The notes beneath the pieces were generated by a model. It saw only the letters and a list, made by a program, of their open reading frames with translations, was not told the origin of the DNA and did not search any database. Source: a candidate division WWE3 bacterium (lineage in GTDB: Bacteria; Patescibacteriota; WWE3; UBA101185; UBA10185). Taken from it: a stretch of DNA of 64,000 bases. The stretch spans positions 389,462 to 453,461 of the forward strand of contig WJKK01000001.1 in assembly GCA_014729135.1 (NCBI GenBank). Reading direction: 5' to 3'. How positions within the stretch are numbered: the first letter of the stretch is position 1; each line of letters starts with the position of its first letter. The translations under genes were made by a program, and so were the position numbers. Positions 17,869 through 26,147 of the stretch are shown here, piece by piece.

Positions 17869-20430
17869 ATGCTGAAACTGCCTAAGCGCCCGCTGGAGCC
17901 TCTTTTTTGGTTTGCTTATAAAGCTCCAAAAAGAATCTTTAAAATTATCAAACGTCTAATTATTCTTGTAAATCACTCGATTTCCTTTACGTTAAATATC
18001 AAGCTTCTTTTTGTGCCTTTGTTTGGCGACTACACAATTCCCGGTAGAATCATTGGATTTATTTTTAGAATTGCTCAAATTTTTTATGGGCTTTTAGCAC
18101 TTTTGGTTTTGGCATTGCTTTTGATTTTGGCGCCTTTATTTTGGTACATTTCGCCTTTTGTTTTAGCTTATTACATAAAAGGTTATATTTTACTTTTGGC
18201 TTTCGGGATTTATGTGGTACGCTTGTTTGCTATTAGAGACACTCCCCGAAAAAGAGTTACCGATGATAAGACAGAAGATCCTTTAAGTGCAGTTCGCCCT
18301 AATGCCCTCTCCCTTTTAAAACAAGCGCATCGAACTCACTCCTTGGAGAAATTTGCGCATGATGCGGATATTCACTACCTTTTGCAGAAGCTGGAACTGG
18401 ATAAAAAAGATTTCTATGCTCAGGCAACAGATCTTCCGGATTTTGAGGTGTGGAAGGTTGCAAAAAGTGCTTATGAATTGGCTCAGGAGGAAGGTACTCG
18501 TTATGTGGAAAAAGAGCATGTGTTTTATGCCTTGCTGAAGCTTATTCCGGATGTAGAGAATTTTTTGATGTCGTTTGGCGTTGCTCTTGCGGATGTTAAA
18601 GAGGCAATCTTTTGGATTGTGGATGAGCGTGATCGTTTAGCGGGTATTTTCATTTGGCAGGAAGACTATCACATAGACAAGCTCGGAGGTTTTGGTCGCG
18701 GGATGACCGGGCGAGTGACTCCTTCCCTGGATGCAGTTTCCACAGATTTTACGGAGCTTGCTAAAAAAGGCCTCATTGAAGGAATTATTGCTCATCATGC
18801 GGAAATTAAAGAAATTGCTAATCTCCTTTCAGGATCCAAAAAAGTTAACGTCATGATTGTAGGTCCTCCCGGGAGCGGTAAAACCTCCATTGTAAAAGGC
18901 ATAGCTGAGCAAATCATTAAAGGTACCGAATATGAAAAAATTGCTAACAAGCGCATTGTAAGTGTGGAGTCGGGAGCCTTGGTAGCAGGAGCAAAAAGTT
19001 CAGGGGATGTAGCTGCTAAGTTCAAACTCGTCATGAAAGATGCTTTAGAATCGGGCGATATAATCCTGTTTTTTGATGAAATTCACAATTTGGTTTCAGG
19101 CGTTGGGGGAGATGCCACAGAAGTCTCCAGCGTTTACTCCATTTTAGAGCCCTATCTTTCCACCGGGCAAATCCAGGTAATTGCAGCTACAAACCGGAAA
19201 ACTTATCGAAAATACATTGAGCCTAACGGAGCCTTTGCTCGCCTGTTTCATGTAGTTGATATTGAACCTTCAACTAACGAAGAAACAAAAGATATTCTGA
19301 AGTATTTAAGCTTTGATATTGAAGAGGAGGAGGGCGTTTTAATAACTTTGCCCGCCATAAAAAAGATTATTCGCTTGTCCAGCAAGTTAATTCAGGAGCG
19401 CGTTTTCCCGGATAAAGCCGTTGATGTTTTAAATCGCTGTGTTCGTGTGGTTTCACGGGAAAGCAAGGTAGTTACAGCGGAGAAGGCTGCCGAAGTTATT
19501 TCCGAAATGACGCACGTTCCGGTTACAGCGGTTGATGAAGATGAGTCGGAGAAGCTTTTGGAGCTTGAGGATAGAATGAAGGAGCGTGTTATTGGCCAGG
19601 ATCAAGCTGTTGCTGAAGTTTCTAAAGCGCTAAAGCGCGCTCGTGTTGGAATCCGCGATGAAAGTAAGCCCATTGCCTCCTTTTTGTTTGTTGGAACTAC
19701 AGGTGTTGGAAAGACCGAAACTGCTAAGACCTTGTCTCGGCTTTATTTCGGGGAGGAAAGCAAGATGATTCGTTTGGATATGAGTGAGTATCAGCAACCC
19801 GACAGTGTTAAAAAGTTGATTGGTAATTCTGATGGTAGTACTTCCGGCATATTAACGGAGGTGGTGCGCTCTAATCCTTTTTCGGTTTTGCTTCTGGATG
19901 AAATTGAAAAGGCTGCTCCTCAAGTGTTGCTGACGTTTTTGCAGGTTTTAGATGACGGTCGTTTAACGGATTCGGCAGGAAATACCGTGGATTTTGCTAA
20001 CACGATTATTATTGCAACAAGTAACGTGGGGACGCGTGAGATTCAGGCGGTTGCAGCTCGTGATGGTAGCTTTTCCGAAATGGAGGAGGCTGCTTTGAAG
20101 AAGGTTCGCGACCATTATGCTCCCGAGTTTTTAAATAGGTTTAGTGGCATTATTGTGTTTAATCCGTTGTCTAAGGAGGATGTGAAAAAGATTGCACGGA
20201 TTTTGCTTCGTAAGGTGGAGAAAGTGGCAGCAGAAAAGGATATTAAGGTTACTTTTACGGATGGTCTGTTGGAGGGCTTGGTGGAGCGTGGTTATAACAA
20301 GGAGTGGGGTGCGCGTCCTTTAGCGCGTGTTATTGAGGATAAGGTTGAAACGTATTTGGCGGATAAGCTTTTGTCTAAGGAGATTAAGCGTGGGGATGTG
20401 TTGGAACTCGGCCCTGAGGTTTTTGAGTAG
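17869..20430 (+). CDS. membrane-anchored Hsp100/Clp-family AAA+ ATPase (two AAA modules, no M-domain)
   Basis: 853 aa; residues ~25-125 form 3-4 hydrophobic helices; Clp_N-like repeats; Walker A GPPGSGKT and GTTGVGKT; D2 signature LLLDEIEKA, GARPLARVIE; no IG[FL] loop found. Confidence 0.8.
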   Translation: MLKLPKRPLEPLFWFAYKAPKRIFKIIKRLIILVNHSISFTLNIKLLFVPLFGDYTIPGRIIGFIFRIAQIFYGLLALLVLALLLILAPLFWYISPFVLAYYIKGYILLLAFGIYVVRLFAIRDTPRKRVTDDKTEDPLSAVRPNALSLLKQAHRTHSLEKFAHDADIHYLLQKLELDKKDFYAQATDLPDFEVWKVAKSAYELAQEEGTRYVEKEHVFYALLKLIPDVENFLMSFGVALADVKEAIFWIVDERDRLAGIFIWQEDYHIDKLGGFGRGMTGRVTPSLDAVSTDFTELAKKGLIEGIIAHHAEIKEIANLLSGSKKVNVMIVGPPGSGKTSIVKGIAEQIIKGTEYEKIANKRIVSVESGALVAGAKSSGDVAAKFKLVMKDALESGDIILFFDEIHNLVSGVGGDATEVSSVYSILEPYLSTGQIQVIAATNRKTYRKYIEPNGAFARLFHVVDIEPSTNEETKDILKYLSFDIEEEEGVLITLPAIKKIIRLSSKLIQERVFPDKAVDVLNRCVRVVSRESKVVTAEKAAEVISEMTHVPVTAVDEDESEKLLELEDRMKERVIGQDQAVAEVSKALKRARVGIRDESKPIASFLFVGTTGVGKTETAKTLSRLYFGEESKMIRLDMSEYQQPDSVKKLIGNSDGSTSGILTEVVRSNPFSVLLLDEIEKAAPQVLLTFLQVLDDGRLTDSAGNTVDFANTIIIATSNVGTREIQAVAARDGSFSEMEEAALKKVRDHYAPEFLNRFSGIIVFNPLSKEDVKKIARILLRKVEKVAAEKDIKVTFTDGLLEGLVERGYNKEWGARPLARVIEDKVETYLADKLLSKEIKRGDVLELGPEVFE

Positions 20431-20470
20431 CTTCAGTAGTTCATTTTTGGTTTTTTGCTAAGATAAATTC

Positions 20471-21163
20471 ATGCTTAGTTATATTCAAGATTTAATTCTC
20501 ACAAACCTTCTAAATACCAAGGATCCTGCGCGTTACTCAGAGATTCAAGTAGATACTGTAGATAACGATCTTTTTAATTATCATCTTCAGCAGTTAGTTA
20601 AAAGGAATTATGTTTTAAAGGAGGATAAATTATATAGCCTATCTAATAAAGGAAAAGAGTATGTTCACAAGCTTGATGTTAAAGGTCACCTACATGACTT
20701 ATTTAAAGTTTCTGTTTTAGCTTATGTTACTAATTCCGCGGGAGAGTTACTTTTGCAGAAGCGCTTGCGTCACCCATATTTTGGAGAAATAGGTGTTGTA
20801 GCGGGGAAAATGCTCCTAGGAGAGTCTGCTGAAGACGCCGCAAAGAGAAAGCTCTTAGAGGAGACAGGTTTGACTTGTAATTTTAGACTGGTGGGTGTTA
20901 TTCGCAAGACTAGAAAGGATACTGAGGATAAAATCATTGAGGACACTCTTTTTCATGTCTGTTATGGTGATGACTTTTCAGGGGAGTTAGTGGAAGAAAA
21001 TGATTACGGTTTAAATTATTGGGCTTCCTTTGACAAAGCTTTAGATTCTTTTAAGAGAAATGCTACTTTTGGCACTTATTCGGAAGAGGTTTTGGAGAGA
21101 ATTCGGGACAGGCGTTTGGATACTTTTTACTTTCATGAAAGCCTTGAACTCTTAGATTTCTAG
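20471..21163 (+). CDS. Nudix hydrolase with N-terminal winged-helix-like domain
   Basis: 230 aa; Nudix box GKMLLGESAEDAAKRKLLEETGL. Confidence 0.7.
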   Translation: MLSYIQDLILTNLLNTKDPARYSEIQVDTVDNDLFNYHLQQLVKRNYVLKEDKLYSLSNKGKEYVHKLDVKGHLHDLFKVSVLAYVTNSAGELLLQKRLRHPYFGEIGVVAGKMLLGESAEDAAKRKLLEETGLTCNFRLVGVIRKTRKDTEDKIIEDTLFHVCYGDDFSGELVEENDYGLNYWASFDKALDSFKRNATFGTYSEEVLERIRDRRLDTFYFHESLELLDF

Positions 21164-21225
21164 CTTTACCTAGTTTCTCCTCGGTAGACATTTTTGATTC
21201 CTCTCTTAAACTATAGGTAGTTTGT

Positions 21226-21459
21226 GTGGAGATATCTGTAAAGGAGAGAAGGATGGCTATTAAGGGGTTTAAAACGGATAAGCAGACGGTGTTGATTCAA
21301 GGGAATGAGGGCTTTGTTCGTTGGGAGAGACTTCCGGGAAGGCTCCCCGAGGAAGATGGTAACTTCGGCTTCTACGACCATGGCTTCTTAGAAGCGGAGT
21401 CTCTTGAGGAGGCTCTAAGGAAAGGGCGTATCAAAAAAGCTGACGTTAAAGTTTTATAG
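21226..21459 (+). CDS. hypothetical small protein (77 aa)
   Basis: ORF with GGAGAG RBS-like sequence upstream; no recognisable family. Confidence 0.35.
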   Translation: MEISVKERRMAIKGFKTDKQTVLIQGNEGFVRWERLPGRLPEEDGNFGFYDHGFLEAESLEEALRKGRIKKADVKVL

Positions 21460-21468
21460 TTTTCTGTG

Positions 21469-21510
21469 AAAAGGGATTCCTTTCTGTTCGTTGGGGAGGA
21501 ATCCTTTTCT
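21469..21510. terminator. bidirectional intrinsic terminator between the 77-aa ORF and greA
   Basis: AAAAGGGATTCC...GGAATCCTTTT inverted repeat (~11 bp stem) flanked by T-runs on both strands. Confidence 0.5.
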
Positions 21511-21979
21511 AGTTCAAATTGGAGGCTTTTCGGATCTCTAGAATTTTTACTATCTCTTTTGAGTTCAAATTAATCTCTTCTCCTGCTTCTTTACCCAACA
21601 GGGCTTTTGCCATAGGAGACTTATAAGAGATGATGTCTTCATTTAAATTTACATCATCTTCTCCCAGAATAGTAAACTCCTCTTTGTCTTTTCCTATGAG
21701 CAAAGTTACACAGGTACCGAATTTTATCGTTTTTGGATCTTTCTCCAGTGTTTCTTCTGTTACAACTTGAGCATTTTGCAATTTAGCTTTTATATCCCGC
21801 AGACGCGCTTTCATCCTAAAAATATTTTCTTCTGCCGCCTCAAAAGCCGAACTTTCATGCCAACCCTCATCTGCATGAATTTCCCCCTTTTTTCTAATCT
21901 CGCTTTTTAGCTTTTCTTCCAGGTCTTTTTTAGCCTGTTTAAGCTTGTTATATCCTTTTTTTGTCACTAGTTCTTTCAT
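21509..21979 (-). CDS. greA: transcription elongation factor GreA
   Basis: 156 aa; N-terminal coiled coil plus C-terminal FKBP-like domain; GreA-like sequence. Confidence 0.85.
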   Translation of the reverse strand: MKELVTKKGYNKLKQAKKDLEEKLKSEIRKKGEIHADEGWHESSAFEAAEENIFRMKARLRDIKAKLQNAQVVTEETLEKDPKTIKFGTCVTLLIGKDKEEFTILGEDDVNLNEDIISYKSPMAKALLGKEAGEEINLNSKEIVKILEIRKASNLN

Positions 21980-21982
21980 TTT

Positions 21983-22609
21983 TTAGAGGGAAACCCTAGC
22001 CAAAATAGGGAATTGATTTTGAGGATCATTACTTTGACCTGAAATCACAAATTCTTTAACCATAAACGTGTTTTTCAGTATCTCATTATGTTCTTTTGCA
22101 ATCTCAAGAGCTTCTCTGATATTTTTCGGATCTATTTTTACAATAGAAATATGCGCATGGTACTCATAAGGATTACCATTTGTTTTTATTCTATGCTGCT
22201 CCTCTTTCGGGTACTGTTTCCAATTATCCAAATATTTCCGGGGAATCTTTACCTTGTGAATTTTGTTAGCTTTCTCCAGAAACTTTTCATTTAAATCTTT
22301 AAAAGTTTTCTGAGCTTTTTCATCCATCTCTAAAAAGATGTATTTATTGTTTGAGCTTTTTGTGTATTTTGTTAAAGTCACTTCAAAAGGATCTGTATTT
22401 TGCGCTAGTTTTGAGATCTCTTTCACAAATTCTTTCGTTTTTGAACCGGGAAGGAGCTTTCCGCCAACTGCAATATGAGCTTTGAAATTGTTTTCGTCCA
22501 GATATTCATTTGGAAATTTTTTGCTAAGTTTTTTGTAGAGCTGAAAAAGGTATTGATTCACCTTCTCCGGAAGGGATGTGTATATTGTATGGATTTTCTC
22601 ATCGTTCAT
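21983..22609 (-). CDS. putative 2H phosphoesterase superfamily protein (LigT-like)
   Basis: 208 aa; two H-x-[ST/A]-x motifs (AHIAV, AHISIV) ~110 aa apart. Confidence 0.4.
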   Translation of the reverse strand: MNDEKIHTIYTSLPEKVNQYLFQLYKKLSKKFPNEYLDENNFKAHIAVGGKLLPGSKTKEFVKEISKLAQNTDPFEVTLTKYTKSSNNKYIFLEMDEKAQKTFKDLNEKFLEKANKIHKVKIPRKYLDNWKQYPKEEQHRIKTNGNPYEYHAHISIVKIDPKNIREALEIAKEHNEILKNTFMVKEFVISGQSNDPQNQFPILARVSL

Positions 22610-22615
22610 GTGTTT

Positions 22616-22836
22616 TTAGTTTTCATCGGTATCGGTCCATTCCTTCTTGTCTGCTTCCTGTTGAATTCCTTCACGGATTCTCGCAAGAGCTTCTTCCTCC
22701 TCGGCTGTTAATTCTCGCGGCTCTCCCTTCTCGTCCAGGAGTGGTTTTCCAATCGCTTCTTCAAAAGTTCTTTTTACATTCTCCTCTGCTTTCTTTTCTT
22801 GTATCCATTTAGCAGCTTCTGCGGTTTTTTTGCATG
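22616..22836 (-). pseudogene. small acidic protein ORF interrupted by a +1 frame shift at an A7 homopolymer
   Basis: AGGAG RBS with 6-nt spacing to ATG (minus strand start 22836), stop after 8 codons; removing one A from the A7 run (plus-strand T7 at 22825-22831) joins a 74-codon acidic ORF ending at 22616. Confidence 0.3.
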
Positions 22837-22931
22837 CTTAGCTCCTTCATTAAACATAATCATAAAAAATCCTTTCTTAAAACAAATAAACAATGAAATT
22901 TTAGCATAAAAACTACCTTCCTAATTTAGAG

Positions 22932-22990
22932 TTGTCTATGCCATAGTTAACTTTTCTCAAAAAGTCCGCCATGGCATGGACAACTTTTTA
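22932..22990 (+). promoter_or_regulatory. long imperfect hairpin plus T5 run upstream of prfB (terminator/attenuator-like)
   Basis: TTGTCTATGCCATAG (22932-46) pairs with CCATGGCATGGACAA (22969-83); inner CTTTT/AAAAG stem; followed by CTTTTTA. Confidence 0.4.
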
Positions 22991-23061
22991 GTAAAAATCC
23001 CTCATACCATGATTGACTCCAAAGGAAACCTCCCCTCTTTTTTCCATGCTAAACTACTCCC

Positions 23062-24078
23062 ATGAGGGATGAAATAAATTCTGAACAAAAAGAGCGCTTA
23101 GAAAAGCTAAAAAAGCAGCTTTTTATTGCCGAAAAAACCGGAAAATACAACAAACTTAAATCCGAACTGGAAAATCCCGAACTTTGGGAAAATTGGGAAG
23201 AAGGGCAAAAAGTTTCAGAGGATCTTGCAGATTTAGAACGAGATCTTGAAGATTTTGCCTTATTGGAGCTTTTGTTGGAAGAAGGGCAAGAAGAAAAATT
23301 TGAAAAACTTGCCTCTCAAATAGAAGAAAAACTTTTTCTTTCAGGTGATCACGACAAATCCGCTGCTTACCTGTCAATTCATTCCGGTCAGGGTGGTACA
23401 GAGGCCATGGATTGGGCAGAAATGCTCTTACGAATGTATCTCATGTATGCAGAGCGAAAAAACTGGAAAGTGGATCTTATTGATAAGCGTTCAGGGGAGG
23501 AGGCGGGAATTAAAAGCGCAACAATTGAGATTCAAGGAAAATATGCTTACGGTTTTTTAAAGCACGAGTCAGGCACACATCGGCTGGTGCGTCAATCCCC
23601 TTTTAATGCCGATAATTTACGGCAGACCTCTTTTGCTTTGGTGGAAGTTTTGCCGGTTATTGATGATGAGTTAGAAGTTGAAATTAAGGATGAGGACATT
23701 GAGTTTGAGGCGTTTCGCGCAGGAGGTCATGGTGGCCAGAACGTGAATAAGGTTTCTACTGCGGTTCGTATTAAGCACTTGCCAACGGGTATTGTGGTGG
23801 AAAATCAAACGGAGCGAAGTCAGCTGCAGAATCGTCAGCGAGCAATGAGTATTTTGCGATCTAAGCTTTTTGCTTTGGAGGAGGCTAAGCGCTTGGAGGA
23901 GGAGGCTAAGTTAAAAGGTGAGTATAAGAAGCCGGGGTGGGGGAATCAGATTCGGAATTATGTTTTGCATCCCTATAAGTTGGTTAAGGATTTGCGTACA
24001 GGAGTTGAGAGTACGAATCCGGAGCTTGTTTTGGATGGTCATCTGGATGAGTTTGTTGATGCCGAAGTTCGCTTGTAG
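23062..24078 (+). CDS. prfB: peptide chain release factor 2 (single uninterrupted frame)
   Basis: 338 aa; SPF tripeptide (RQSPFNADN) and GGQ motif; no internal UGA frameshift site. Confidence 0.9.
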   Translation: MRDEINSEQKERLEKLKKQLFIAEKTGKYNKLKSELENPELWENWEEGQKVSEDLADLERDLEDFALLELLLEEGQEEKFEKLASQIEEKLFLSGDHDKSAAYLSIHSGQGGTEAMDWAEMLLRMYLMYAERKNWKVDLIDKRSGEEAGIKSATIEIQGKYAYGFLKHESGTHRLVRQSPFNADNLRQTSFALVEVLPVIDDELEVEIKDEDIEFEAFRAGGHGGQNVNKVSTAVRIKHLPTGIVVENQTERSQLQNRQRAMSILRSKLFALEEAKRLEEEAKLKGEYKKPGWGNQIRNYVLHPYKLVKDLRTGVESTNPELVLDGHLDEFVDAEVRL

Positions 24079-24097
24079 CTTTTTAGTGGACAAAATA

Positions 24098-24125
24098 TTT
24101 ACTCAGTTTCAAAAATCTGTATAAT
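24098..24125 (+). promoter_or_regulatory. sigma70-like promoter TTTACT-16nt-TATAAT upstream of the DUF3048 gene
   Basis: TATAAT at 24120-24125. Confidence 0.35.
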
Positions 24126-24131
24126 GAAACC

Positions 24132-25460
24132 ATGGCAAAGAAATCCTCTCAAAATCCACCAGAAAATTTAGAAAAAAAAGCAAAAGATTCTCCTGAAAAA
24201 GCTCCAGGCAAAAACGCACAGGAAGTCAACAAAGATTTAGAAGTGAAATCCTCCTTTAAGTCTTTTGGAAACGATGCGACCAAAAAAGGTGGTAAGAATG
24301 CTAAAAAAGCTTCCTTTACAAAAGCTCAGTCGCTCGGTGCAAAAAAGAAACTTCCTTTAATTTACATAATCCTAGGGGTGCTAATAGCAGGAGCTCTTTC
24401 TTTAGGACTAGTTTATGCCTTTGGTTTTGGAGGCTTTTCCGGTATTGTTAGCCCCCTCTCTGACGGCACTCCCATAACAACAGAACCTCAAGAAGAAATG
24501 GTTGCAAATCCTTTAACAGGTGAAAAATACTCCAAATCAGAAGCCCCTTGGATAAATGACCGCCCTCTAGCCGTAATGGTCAACAACTATATTGACGCAC
24601 GCCCTCAATCCGGTTTAGTTGATGCCGACCTTGTTTATGAAATCGTCGCCGAAGGAGGCATAACAAGATTTATTCCATTTTTTCTCTCCAAAACGCCTGA
24701 AAAAATTGGCCCTGTTAGAAGCACTCGTGATTACTACTTAGTTCTAGTAAAAGAGTTGGGCGACGCCATGATCATGCACATTGGATGGTCTCCTCAGGCT
24801 TTAGAAGCAATAGAAACCTGGCCTGTTCGCAGTTTAGGTAGAGGTGGTGGTAGCTTTTGGCGAGAAAATCCCCGAAACGTTGCTACAGAACATACTGCCT
24901 ATGTAAATGGTAAAGATCTTCGTGAGCTTGGCGATGAATTAGGTTGGGAAGGAACACGTGAATTTCCGGCTTGGCAGTTTAAAGATGACAGTCCTACTCC
25001 ATTAGCGGAAGGGCCCGACTCCTGTGAAACTGTTGCGGCTTTATGCGATCCCTTAACAATAGACTTTTGGTATGAGGGCGATTATTCCGCAATCTTCAAA
25101 TACAATCCCGATAACAACTCATATTTAAGATTTACAGGATACGATGCTAATGGCGATCCGATTCCACATGAAGATCAAGATACAGGTGAACAAATTGAAG
25201 TTAAAAACGTTATTGTTCAGTTTGCTGATGAAAGTGCTATAGAAGGTGATACGAAAAATCGCCTTTCTTATGCTTTGGTGGGCAGCGGAACCGGTTTGGT
25301 CTTTTTGGATGGTACTGTGGAGGAAGTTACTTGGTCTAAAGCCGAAAGAGATGCTCGCACAATGTTTTACGATCTCAATGGTGAAGAGATGCAGTTTAAT
25401 CGCGGTCAGTTTTGGATTAGTATTGTTCCTACAAGGAATGAATCACAAGTTAAGTATTAA
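24132..25460 (+). CDS. DUF3048 (YerB-like) membrane-anchored protein with Lys-rich N-terminal tail
   Basis: 442 aa; K-rich disordered 70 aa, one TM, then PLAVMVNNYIDARPQSGLVDADLVYEIVAEGGITRF, typical of DUF3048. Confidence 0.6.
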   Translation: MAKKSSQNPPENLEKKAKDSPEKAPGKNAQEVNKDLEVKSSFKSFGNDATKKGGKNAKKASFTKAQSLGAKKKLPLIYIILGVLIAGALSLGLVYAFGFGGFSGIVSPLSDGTPITTEPQEEMVANPLTGEKYSKSEAPWINDRPLAVMVNNYIDARPQSGLVDADLVYEIVAEGGITRFIPFFLSKTPEKIGPVRSTRDYYLVLVKELGDAMIMHIGWSPQALEAIETWPVRSLGRGGGSFWRENPRNVATEHTAYVNGKDLRELGDELGWEGTREFPAWQFKDDSPTPLAEGPDSCETVAALCDPLTIDFWYEGDYSAIFKYNPDNNSYLRFTGYDANGDPIPHEDQDTGEQIEVKNVIVQFADESAIEGDTKNRLSYALVGSGTGLVFLDGTVEEVTWSKAERDARTMFYDLNGEEMQFNRGQFWISIVPTRNESQVKY

Positions 25461-25568
25461 TTTGATTAAAAGGTTTTTGCTAAGGAGGCTTCACAGCTTT
25501 TCCAGGCTAAAAAAGCTCTTGGTAAAAATTTTAAAATTTAATTCCTGCCCTATTAAGAAAGGGTATTT

Positions 25569-26147
25569 ATGCTAGAACAACTTTTTATTTCAGAGGTTAG
25601 AATAGACGTGCTGAAGCTGATGCTGACTCATCCGGAGGAGCAGTATCATGTTAGAGCAATTGTGCGAGAGGTGGATGCGGAGATTAATGCAGTTCGTAGG
25701 GAGCTTGGTCGTTTAGAGGAGATCGGTCTTTTAACCAGTCGTAGAAGCAGCAATCGCCTTTATTATCGAGTTAACACAGCTCACGTTTTTTATGCGGATT
25801 TGCTTTCTATGGTGGCAAAGGACATGGGTATTGGAAAGTCTATGGTGGAAAATGCTAAGCGTTTGGGTGATGTGAAGTTTGCTATGTTATCTACGGCGTT
25901 TGTTCGCGGGAGGGGTTCAACGGTTTTGGATGTGGATCTGTTTTTGGTGGGCAAGCCGGATTTGTCGTTTTTGAAGTCTTTGGTGGAGCATGCCGAGGAG
26001 AAACTGGATCGGGAGATTAACTATTCTGTTATGACTTTGGAGGAGTTTAATCACCGCAAGAGGAGTAATGATCAGTTTATTAATCGGGTTTTGTCTCAAG
26101 GGCGCACTATGCTTATTGGGGATGAGATTAAGTTCGGCAGCCGTTAA
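25569..26147 (+). CDS. winged-helix regulator fused to a minimal nucleotidyltransferase-like domain
   Basis: 192 aa; ArsR-like wHTH N-terminus; C-terminal GRGSTVLDVDLFLV resembles the GS...DxD NTase motif. Confidence 0.45.
   Translation: MLEQLFISEVRIDVLKLMLTHPEEQYHVRAIVREVDAEINAVRRELGRLEEIGLLTSRRSSNRLYYRVNTAHVFYADLLSMVAKDMGIGKSMVENAKRLGDVKFAMLSTAFVRGRGSTVLDVDLFLVGKPDLSFLKSLVEHAEEKLDREINYSVMTLEEFNHRKRSNDQFINRVLSQGRTMLIGDEIKFGSR

Noticed and set aside
22475-22812. Two overlapping plus-strand ORFs (78 aa each) in the greA/prfB intergenic region
   Set aside because: Hydrophobic nonsense translations antisense to the better-supported minus-strand reading: the 2H-like gene and the frameshifted acidic ORF.
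23062-24078. Looked for the canonical prfB +1 programmed frameshift site
   Set aside because: The ORF is continuous with no internal in-frame UGA, so there is no frameshift here.
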